Source: Lachnospiraceae bacterium
GTDB lineage: Bacteria > Bacillota > Clostridia > Lachnospirales > Lachnospiraceae
NCBI GenBank assembly: GCA_021202465.1
Contig: JAJQCZ010000033.1
Coordinates: 18,616 to 82,615 of the forward strand
Reading direction: 5' to 3'
DNA length: 64,000 nucleotides
Made by a program: the position numbers and the translations under genes. This document shows positions 1 to 7,415 of the stretch, piece after piece. The notes below the pieces were generated by a model. It was not told where the DNA came from and ran no database searches. It was given only the letters and a program-made list of their open reading frames with translations. Position 1 is the stretch's first letter. Every line of letters starts with the position of its first letter.

Positions 1-177
1 CTTATGCTCATCCATCGTCAGCGTCGCGCTCTCACCTGTCGTCCCGCAGATCACAATTGCATCGGTTTTATGTTCAATCTGAAAATCGATCAGCTCGCCC
101 AGCTTCTCATAATTCACGCTTCCGTCCTCATGGAACGGAGTGATAATCGCTACGCCGGCCCCCTCAAAAACAGCCAT
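1..177 (-). CDS. dapA: 4-hydroxy-tetrahydrodipicolinate synthase, N-terminal 59 codons (gene runs off the left edge)
   Basis: Own reverse translation from ATG at 175-177 gives [59 protein letters not shown], a DapA-type N-terminus with the GTTGES motif. It is absent from the ORF track because it is truncated. Confidence 0.85.
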   Translation of the reverse strand, partial: MAVFEGAGVAIITPFHEDGSVNYEKLGELIDFQIEHKTDAIVICGTTGESATLTMDEHK

Positions 178-278
178 ATTGATGCCCTCCTTTTGGATCT
201 CGTTCAAAATGTGATTCTATCATCAAAACGGAGGGTTGTCAACCGAAGGAGAAGGCATTTGCGTGGAGTATGAGCCTC

Positions 279-905
279 CTACTCCACGCACTCCAGCTTG
301 CTGACGGACACCTCGTAGGCGATGCGTTTTTCCGCCTCAGCATCCTCGGTCTTCTTCGTATATTCGCGGCTCTGGACACGCCCCCAGATGCGCAGGCGGC
401 TTCCCACCCGGAACCCGGCCGCATAGCGGGCGTTCCGGCCCCAGGCGATGCAGGGTATGTAATCTGACTTGCCGTAAGGGCGGTTCACGGCCAGCAGCAG
501 ATCGGCAATCTCCCGCCCCAGCGGCGTCTTCCGGTACACCGGTTCCTTGCATAAATAGCCATCCAGAAAAATCTGGTTGGTCCGTGTATAGTCGGAGCAG
601 TCGTCCGGGAAATGGATTTCCCGCGCGAAAACGGACAGCACCAGGCGGTTCCGGTTCCCCTCGTGACGGTTAAAAGAGCGGAACTGGCCGCTGGCCTCGA
701 GGATCCCGCCCCGATAGTCCTGATTGACATCCATCAGCCTCTCAGAGACCATCAACGGGATCTCATCAATCTGGTCACTGAGCCGGTTCACCAGAAGAGT
801 TGTGAGATAGAATCCCTCCCCGAACACCTCGTGGCTGAAGGTAAAATTCTCCGCCACCTCGCCGATCACATTCACTTTGTTATTTTCCAGCATTTTCTCT
901 GACAT
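279..905 (-). CDS. OB-fold single-stranded-DNA-binding-like protein (atypical SSB family)
   Basis: 208-aa ORF with RBS AGGAGGAAAG upstream of the ATG. The layout resembles the SSB-like proteins annotated in Clostridia. The family call is from memory only. Confidence 0.45.
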   Translation of the reverse strand: MSEKMLENNKVNVIGEVAENFTFSHEVFGEGFYLTTLLVNRLSDQIDEIPLMVSERLMDVNQDYRGGILEASGQFRSFNRHEGNRNRLVLSVFAREIHFPDDCSDYTRTNQIFLDGYLCKEPVYRKTPLGREIADLLLAVNRPYGKSDYIPCIAWGRNARYAAGFRVGSRLRIWGRVQSREYTKKTEDAEAEKRIAYEVSVSKLECVE

Positions 906-1099
906 TGGTATCTTTCCTCCTGCATTGCTCTGCGCCGCGGCCTCTCCCGCGCCCGCGCTTCCTGCTTACGCGCCCCTTCTCCGGGGTCTGCAATTAAATG
1001 TATTCGGATTCTCCGCCGGATATTCAAAGAACCGGTCGACGTTTTTCCGGCTTTTTCTCCTGTTCACCAAAAATGACACAACGGATTGCGGGACCCAAA

Positions 1100-1139
1100 G
1101 TCGTGAATCCGAATGCCTGCATTCGATTCACGACTTTTT
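1100..1139 (+). terminator. Orphan intrinsic terminator-like hairpin in a divergent intergenic region
   Basis: GTCGTGAATCCGAATGC-ct-GCATTCGATTCACGAC (one bulge) followed by TTTTT. No plus-strand ORF lies upstream. Confidence 0.5.
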
Positions 1140-1243
1140 GTCCCTTGTGTCATTTACTTTTCCGACGTTTTATATTAAGATGGTCTGATGTACGGTAAAC
1201 GATTTCAGGTCAGCCTGTTACCAGTCAGGATGGAGTTGTTTGT

Positions 1244-2206
1244 ATGAATACAACAGTAGATATCATCGTCCCCTGCTACAATGAGGAGCCGGGGCTGAAT
1301 CTGTTTTATGAGGAGACGCGGAAGGTGCTGGACACCCTGCCCGACTACCGCTTCTCCTTTCTCTTTGTCAACGACGGGAGCCGCGACGGGACGCTGCGCG
1401 AAATGCGGCGGCTGACGGCTCTGCACGCGGAGGTTCACTACCTCTCCTTCTCCCGCAACTTCGGGAAGGAAGCCGCCATGTACGCCGGGCTGCGCAATGT
1501 CTCCGGCGATCTGGTGATCATCATGGACGCGGACCTGCAGCACCCGCCGGCCATGATTCCGGAGATGCTGCGGGGCATCGAGGAGGGCTATGACTGCGCC
1601 GCAGCCAGACGCACCTCCCGGGAAGGGGAAAGCCGGATTCGCAGTCTCTTCTCCCGCGCCTTCTACCGGCTGAGCAACCGGCTCACCGATGTGACAATGG
1701 CCGAGGGAGCCGTGGATTTCCGGGTCATGACACGCCGCATGGTGGACGCCATCCTCGAGCTCTCCGAGGTGGAGCGCTTCTCCAAGGGCATCTTCGCCTG
1801 GGTGGGCTTTGAAACGAAATGGTACCCCTATGAGAATGTGGAGCGGGCCGTGGGCACCACCAAATGGAGCTTCATGGGACTGTTCCGCTACGCCATCGGC
1901 GGCATCACGTCCTTCTCCATCGCCCCGCTGCGCCTGGTAACCGGGACGGGCTTTGCGATCTCCCTGTGCGCCTTTATTTACATTCTCATCACACTGATAC
2001 AGACGCTGCTCTTCGGCATCACGGTACCCGGCTATGTCACGCTGCTGTGCGCGGTCCTCTTCCTGGGAGGAATCATCGAGCTCTCGGTGGGCATACTGGG
2101 AGAGTATGTCGCTCACATCTATCTGGAGGCCAAGGACCGTCCTCTCTATATCATACAGGAGGCCAGCCTGGGCAGAGACCGGGAGACCAAAGGAGGAAAA
2201 GTATGA
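1244..2206 (+). CDS. Family 2 glycosyltransferase, GtrB/CsbB-like (polyprenol-phosphate sugar synthase type)
   Basis: Has IIVPCYNEE, FVNDGSRDGT and the MDADLQHPP (DxD) motifs plus two C-terminal TM helices. Its stop overlaps the next start (ATGA). Confidence 0.85.
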   Translation: MNTTVDIIVPCYNEEPGLNLFYEETRKVLDTLPDYRFSFLFVNDGSRDGTLREMRRLTALHAEVHYLSFSRNFGKEAAMYAGLRNVSGDLVIIMDADLQHPPAMIPEMLRGIEEGYDCAAARRTSREGESRIRSLFSRAFYRLSNRLTDVTMAEGAVDFRVMTRRMVDAILELSEVERFSKGIFAWVGFETKWYPYENVERAVGTTKWSFMGLFRYAIGGITSFSIAPLRLVTGTGFAISLCAFIYILITLIQTLLFGITVPGYVTLLCAVLFLGGIIELSVGILGEYVAHIYLEAKDRPLYIIQEASLGRDRETKGGKV

Positions 2207-4974
2207 CTATGCCGATCAAAATATCCCATACCGGAAAGTCGGAGGACCGGCTTCCGATGATTCTCTCCTTTCTGCTGCCCGTCGTCATCATGGTGGGCAT
2301 CTTTGCCGGCAAGGGCATCTACCCCTTCGGGGAGAACAGTTTCCTGCGCACCGACCTGTACCACCAGTACGCGCCATTCTTCGCCGAATTCGCCCGGGCG
2401 CTTAAAGCCGGCGACAGCCTGACCTACTCCTTCGAGATCGGTCTGGGAAGCAATTACGTGGCGCTGATGGCCTATTACCTGGCCAGCCCCTTCAACTGGC
2501 TGCTGCTTGTGGTTCCCTCAGGCTTCGTCATCGAGTTCATGACCTACCTGATCGTCTTCAAGATCGGGCTGTGCGGGCTGACCATGGCCGGATATCTGAA
2601 GAGCAAATTTCAGGTAAACAGTCTTCTTCTTCCCTTTTTCGGCATCTGCTACGCCCTGTGCGGCTATCTGGCTGCCTACAGCTGGAATATCATGTGGCTG
2701 GACTGCCTGTGGCTGGCTCCCCTGATTCTTCTGGGACTGGAGCGTCTGGTCCGGGAGGACCGCCCCTTCCTGTACTGCATCACGCTGGGGCTGGCGATTC
2801 TCAGCAATTATTACATTTCCATCATGCTATGTATCTTCATGGTGCTGTATTTTGTCTGTGAAATGATCCTGCTGCCGCGGCAGCGGGCGTCACAGTATGC
2901 GAAGAAGACGGCTCTTTTCGCCGTATTTTCCCTGCTCGCCGGCGGTCTGGCCGCCGTCCTGCTGCTTCCCGCCGCCAACGCCCTGATGACGACAGCCTCG
3001 GCGGACAGCACGTTCCCCTCGACGCTGACCTCGTATTTCTCAATTCTGGAAATGCTGGCCCGACAGATGATGAACGTGGAGGTGGAAATTGGCCTGGAGC
3101 ACTGGCCCAACCTCTACAGCGGCGTGGTCTGCCTGCTCTGTTTTCCGGCATATATTTTAAACAAGGAAATTCCGGCCAGGCAGAAGATCGTCAAGAGCAC
3201 GCTGCTGATGATCATGCTTCTGAGCTTCAGTCTGAATGTTCTCAACTATATCTGGCACGGGATGCACTACCCCAACAGCCTGCCCTGCCGTCAGTCCTTC
3301 CTCTATACGATCCTGCTTCTCACCATGTGCTTCGAGGGCTTCCGCGGCCTGCGGCAGCTGAGCAAGGGACAGATCGCGGGCATTTTCTGCGGCGTCATGG
3401 CCTTCATCCTCATCTGCCAGGTCGTGATCACCGCGGACGAGTTCGATTACTATGTCTATTATCTGACGCTGCTGTTCGTGGCTCTGTATGCCCTGATCGC
3501 TTACATGTGGCGATCAGACCGGCTGGCCCGCTCGACCGCGCTGATTCTGGCTCTGGCTCTGGTGGTGGCGGAAACGGGCATCAATATGGCCTCGACCAGC
3601 GTCACGACCACCAGCCGGACCGATTACTGGAGCAATACAGAGAACTACCAGACGCTGCTGGAGCAGGCGGAGGAGAGCGACACCAGCGGCTTCTACCGCG
3701 TGGAGAAGGTCAGCCGCCGCACGAAGAACGACGGAGCCTGGGTCGGCTACCAGTCCGCCTCCATCTTCTCCTCGACCACACAGGCCGCCATCAGCGATTT
3801 CTACACGATCTTCGGCATGGAGGGGAACACCAACGCCTACAGCTTCACCGGCGCCACGCCTCTGATGGCCTCCCTGCTGTCGGTGCGCTATCAGCTGTCC
3901 ACGACGCAGCTGGCGGACAGCGAGCTCTATGAATGCATCGGCTGGGAGGACACGACCTATCTGTATGAGAATCTGTACACCCTGAATGTGGGCTTCATGA
4001 TCGCGGACGATGTCAGCGACTATTTCTCCTACTATTCCGGCGACCCAGCCGCGGCGCAGAACGCTCTGGTCAACCTGACCACCGGCAGCGGCAATGTACT
4101 GAACGAGATCGCGGAGAGTTCCGGCTCCTCTCTCTCCTTTGAGGTGACGGAGGCCGGTCACATCTACGTCTATGTGGAAAATGACGACGTGGAGGATGTC
4201 ACTGCCTATGTTAATTCTTCCCCGAAGAGCTTCTCCAACGTAGACCGCGGCTATCTCCTCGATCTGGGCGTCTGTGAGGTGGGAGACGTTATCTCGCTGA
4301 GCTCTGACGACGGGCTGACGCTTGATGCCACTGCGTACCTCTTCGACGACGAGGTCTTCATTGACTGGTACAACCGCATGAGCGAGCAGAGCTTCCAGGT
4401 CGAATCCTGCACGAACACGCTGACCGAGACCAGCCTCACCGGCACCGTCACCGCCACGGAAGACGGCACGCTTTTCCTCTCCATTCCCTACGACGCGGGC
4501 TGGACTGTGACCGTGGACGGCGAGGAAGTGGATGCCTCCGCTTTCGCAGATACCTTCCTGTCCCTGGATCTGACAGCGGGAACACACACGATCTCGCTGC
4601 ATTATCATGTCGTGGGACTGACCGAGGGCGCGGTCATCTCCCTGATCTCTCTGGCCATCCTCGTCTTCCTGGGCGTGCTGCTCCTCCTCTCCCGCAGGAA
4701 CCGAAGGCTGCGGCAGATACGCCGGAGACAGGAGCGTGCAGCACGTCTGGCGGCTGCCGCGGAGAAATATGCAGCGCAGGAGGCGGATTCGGAAGAGACG
4801 TCGGCGGAAAGTGACAGCAAACCGTTCACTGAAGAGACCTGGACGCCGCCATCCGGTACACAACCCCCGGAGGAAGCACCTCTGACGGACGATGAGATCG
4901 CCGAGATTCTGCTGGAGGACGAGGAATATCTGGATCCGCCGACTGAAACACCGGAAGACCGCTCTTCTTTATAA
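2203..4974 (+). CDS. yfhO: YfhO-family membrane glycosyltransferase with an acidic C-terminal tail
   Basis: Internal ATG at 2203 (in frame with ORF 1864..4974) preceded by AAAGGAGGAAAAG. The protein is polytopic (MTMPIKISHTGKSEDRLPMILSFLLPVVIM...YHQYAPFF). Pairing with a CsbB/GtrB-like GT2 is the known CsbB-YfhO arrangement. Confidence 0.8.
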   Translation: MTMPIKISHTGKSEDRLPMILSFLLPVVIMVGIFAGKGIYPFGENSFLRTDLYHQYAPFFAEFARALKAGDSLTYSFEIGLGSNYVALMAYYLASPFNWLLLVVPSGFVIEFMTYLIVFKIGLCGLTMAGYLKSKFQVNSLLLPFFGICYALCGYLAAYSWNIMWLDCLWLAPLILLGLERLVREDRPFLYCITLGLAILSNYYISIMLCIFMVLYFVCEMILLPRQRASQYAKKTALFAVFSLLAGGLAAVLLLPAANALMTTASADSTFPSTLTSYFSILEMLARQMMNVEVEIGLEHWPNLYSGVVCLLCFPAYILNKEIPARQKIVKSTLLMIMLLSFSLNVLNYIWHGMHYPNSLPCRQSFLYTILLLTMCFEGFRGLRQLSKGQIAGIFCGVMAFILICQVVITADEFDYYVYYLTLLFVALYALIAYMWRSDRLARSTALILALALVVAETGINMASTSVTTTSRTDYWSNTENYQTLLEQAEESDTSGFYRVEKVSRRTKNDGAWVGYQSASIFSSTTQAAISDFYTIFGMEGNTNAYSFTGATPLMASLLSVRYQLSTTQLADSELYECIGWEDTTYLYENLYTLNVGFMIADDVSDYFSYYSGDPAAAQNALVNLTTGSGNVLNEIAESSGSSLSFEVTEAGHIYVYVENDDVEDVTAYVNSSPKSFSNVDRGYLLDLGVCEVGDVISLSSDDGLTLDATAYLFDDEVFIDWYNRMSEQSFQVESCTNTLTETSLTGTVTATEDGTLFLSIPYDAGWTVTVDGEEVDASAFADTFLSLDLTAGTHTISLHYHVVGLTEGAVISLISLAILVFLGVLLLLSRRNRRLRQIRRRQERAARLAAAAEKYAAQEADSEETSAESDSKPFTEETWTPPSGTQPPEEAPLTDDEIAEILLEDEEYLDPPTETPEDRSSL

Positions 4975-5068
4975 TCCACATTTCAGAAAAAAAAGAATAA
5001 ACCGCACAGTGCGGACACGTTCCGACGGCTCCCGGACGGGAGCGCGGAAAGACAAGGAGATATTTACC

Positions 5069-6427
5069 ATGAAATTATGGGGTGGAAGATTCACCAAGAA
5101 AACAGACGATCTGGCCTTTGCCTTTAACGAGTCCCTGTCCTTCGACCGTCGGCTCTTCCGGCAGGACATTACCGGAAGCCTGGCGCATGTGGATATGCTG
5201 GCGAAGCAGGGAATCCTCACGGAAGAGGAAAAAACACAGATTCAGGCGGGCCTGCAGGGGATCCTCGACGACCTGACCGCCGGAACGCTCGACTTCGATC
5301 CGCAGTATGAGGACATCCACAGCTTCGTGGAGGCATTGCTCATCGAACGGATCGGCAATGTGGGGAAGAAGCTCCACACCGGCCGCAGCCGCAACGATCA
5401 GGTGGCACTGGATATGCGCCTGTACGTCCGGGATGAGATCCCGGTCCTGACAGAGCTGTTGGAGGAGCTGCGCGCCACGCTGAAGCAGCGGATGGAGGAA
5501 AACCTGGAGACCTACATGCCCGGCTTCACACACATGCAGAAGGCACAGCCCACGACCCTGGCGCATCATCTGGGCGCATACTATGAAATGTTCGGCCGTG
5601 ATCTCTCCCGCCTGCACGATCTGCGGGAGCGGATGAACGAATGCCCGCTGGGCGCCGGCGCCCTGGCCGGGACCACCTACCCGCTGGACCGCGAATACAC
5701 CGCCGAACTGCTGGGCTTCCGCTGTGCCACCGCCAACAGCATGGATTCGGTCTCGGACCGCGATTATCTCATCGAGCTGCTCTCCGCGCTCTCCCTCATC
5801 ATGATGCACCTGAGTCGTTTCTGTGAGGAAATCATCTGCTGGAATTCCAATGAATACCAGTTCGTGGAGATCGACGACGGCTACAGCACCGGCAGCAGCA
5901 TCATGCCCCAGAAAAAGAATCCCGACATTGCCGAGCTGGTCCGCGGCAAGACCGGCCGTGTCTACGGGGCTCTGATGGGACTGCTGACCACGATGAAGAG
6001 CCTGCCTCTGGCCTACAACAAGGATATGCAGGAGGACAAGGAAGGCGCCTTCGATGCCATCGACACCGTCGAGTCCTGTCTCTCCCTCTTTAACGGCATG
6101 CTCGCCACTCTGCGCTTCAACAAGCCCGCCATGGAACGCAGCGCCCGGGGCGGCTTCACCAACGCTACCGACGCCGCCGACTATCTGGTCAACCACGGCG
6201 TTCCCTTCCGTGACGCGCACGGCATCATCGGACAGCTGGTCCTGACCTGCCTGGAGAAGAACATCTCCCTGGATGAGCTTCCCCTGGAGGACTATCAGGC
6301 CATCTGCCCGGTCTTCCAGCAGGATATCTATGAAGCCATCAGCCTGAAGACCTGCGTGGAGAAACGAATGACCAAGGGCGCGCCCGGCGCGCTGATTGCT
6401 GAAGCGAAGAACGAGAAGCAGGGATAA
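5069..6427 (+). CDS. argH: Argininosuccinate lyase
   Basis: MKLWGGRFTKKTDD... N-terminus and the fumarate-lyase signature GSSIMPQKKNPD. The start at 5069 follows AAGGAGA. Confidence 0.95.
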   Translation: MKLWGGRFTKKTDDLAFAFNESLSFDRRLFRQDITGSLAHVDMLAKQGILTEEEKTQIQAGLQGILDDLTAGTLDFDPQYEDIHSFVEALLIERIGNVGKKLHTGRSRNDQVALDMRLYVRDEIPVLTELLEELRATLKQRMEENLETYMPGFTHMQKAQPTTLAHHLGAYYEMFGRDLSRLHDLRERMNECPLGAGALAGTTYPLDREYTAELLGFRCATANSMDSVSDRDYLIELLSALSLIMMHLSRFCEEIICWNSNEYQFVEIDDGYSTGSSIMPQKKNPDIAELVRGKTGRVYGALMGLLTTMKSLPLAYNKDMQEDKEGAFDAIDTVESCLSLFNGMLATLRFNKPAMERSARGGFTNATDAADYLVNHGVPFRDAHGIIGQLVLTCLEKNISLDELPLEDYQAICPVFQQDIYEAISLKTCVEKRMTKGAPGALIAEAKNEKQG

Positions 6428-6457
6428 GAGATAAGAGATAACAGATAAGAGATAACA
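6423..6457. repeat. Five tandem heptamers GATAAGA/GATAACA
   Basis: GATAAGA GATAAGA GATAACA GATAAGA GATAACA, read directly. The first copy contains the argH stop codon. Confidence 0.8.
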
Positions 6458-6462
6458 GAATA

Positions 6463-6504
6463 CCGCCCGGCGGGACGATCACATCCCCGTCGGGCGGCAT
6501 TTTT
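6463..6504 (+). terminator. Intrinsic terminator between convergent argH and yigZ
   Basis: CCGCCCGGCGGG...CCCCGTCGGGCGG stem followed by CATTTTT. Confidence 0.7.
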
Positions 6505-7153
6505 ACAAAAGAATGAGTTCCCGGTCCAGCACCGCATATCTCTGCTCCCCCAGCTCCTCGATGCCCGCCCGGCCGCTGGTAGCGTCGGTGATCTCCGCGG
6601 CGAAGCGTTCCGCGTCCGCCGCAGGGAGCAGATAAGTCAGTGACACCGCGTCGGCGTACTCGCTTTCCAGCGCCTGCAGTCCCCGGTTCCCGGCCAGGTA
6701 CTGAATCTTCCCCAGACTGTTGTAATCACAGGTCAGCCGCAGCCGTCTCCCCTCGATCCGCTCCAGCACGATACTGGCTGCGAGCCCCTCCCGGGCCGCC
6801 CGGCCATAGGCACGCACCAGACCGCCGGTTCCCAGGAGCGTCCCGCCGAAGTAGCGTGTCACCACGATACAGGCATTGCGGACACCGGCCCCCAGCAGCA
6901 CATCCAGAATCGGCCGCCCGGCCGTCCCGGAGGGTTCCCCGTCGTCGCTGCAGCGGCTGATCTCACTGCGCTCTCCCAGCACATAGGCGGAACAGTGATG
7001 TCTGGCGTCCCAGTATTTCTTCCGGATGGATTCCACGAAAGCCGCGGCTGCCTCCTCACTGTCCACAGCGGCCACATCCGCCAGAAAGCGGGACTTCTTC
7101 TCCACGACCTCCCCCTGACCGCCCTCGTACACGATCTTCACCGTCTCCTCCAT
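6503..7153 (-). CDS. yigZ: IMPACT/YigZ family protein (UPF0029)
   Basis: Has KKSRFLA, HHCSAY, DDGEPSGTAG and the TRYFGGTLLGTGGLVRAY motifs typical of YigZ. Confidence 0.85.
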   Translation of the reverse strand: MEETVKIVYEGGQGEVVEKKSRFLADVAAVDSEEAAAAFVESIRKKYWDARHHCSAYVLGERSEISRCSDDGEPSGTAGRPILDVLLGAGVRNACIVVTRYFGGTLLGTGGLVRAYGRAAREGLAASIVLERIEGRRLRLTCDYNSLGKIQYLAGNRGLQALESEYADAVSLTYLLPAADAERFAAEITDATSGRAGIEELGEQRYAVLDRELILL

Positions 7154-7415
7154 GCGTGCTTCTCCTCTCCGTTTCCTGCTCCCAGTCTAGCAGAAAAAGC
7201 GCTTTTTGGCTACCATCAAATCCTCCTTCGCCTTTTATTCCCCACTTTTCCCCTGATTTATGTCGAAAAAAGCGCATTTTTGCCTTAAAAATCGATGTTT
7301 TTTCTAATATTTCTGGGTTTTGGCAGCTTTCCCCTTTATTTATCATGATTTATCTGGTATACTTATCAAATGAGCACAGGCCTGTACGCAGGCGCTTACC
7401 TTTGGAGGATACACT

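Noticed and set aside
260-290. Hairpin GCGTGGAGTA-tgagcctcc-TACTCCACGC overlapping the stop of the SSB-like gene, as a terminator
   Set aside because: It has no U-tract on either strand, and half of the stem is coding. Its function is not demonstrable from sequence.
1205-2116. 303-aa minus-strand ORF opposite the GT2 gene
   Set aside because: It lies entirely antisense to a gene with clear family motifs. Its Gly/Arg/Ala/His/Pro-rich composition is typical of open antisense frames in GC-rich DNA, and it has no RBS.
3514-4863. 449-aa minus-strand ORF inside yfhO. The same reasoning covers similar long antisense ORFs: 5075..6220, 33406..34263, 38109..39260, 40153..41961, 50540..51844, 53653..54729, 54847..56736, 56532..57737 and 60807..61997.
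   Set aside because: Each lies opposite a confidently identified conserved gene. Their Arg/Gly/Pro/His-rich, low-complexity translations are artefacts of high GC content.
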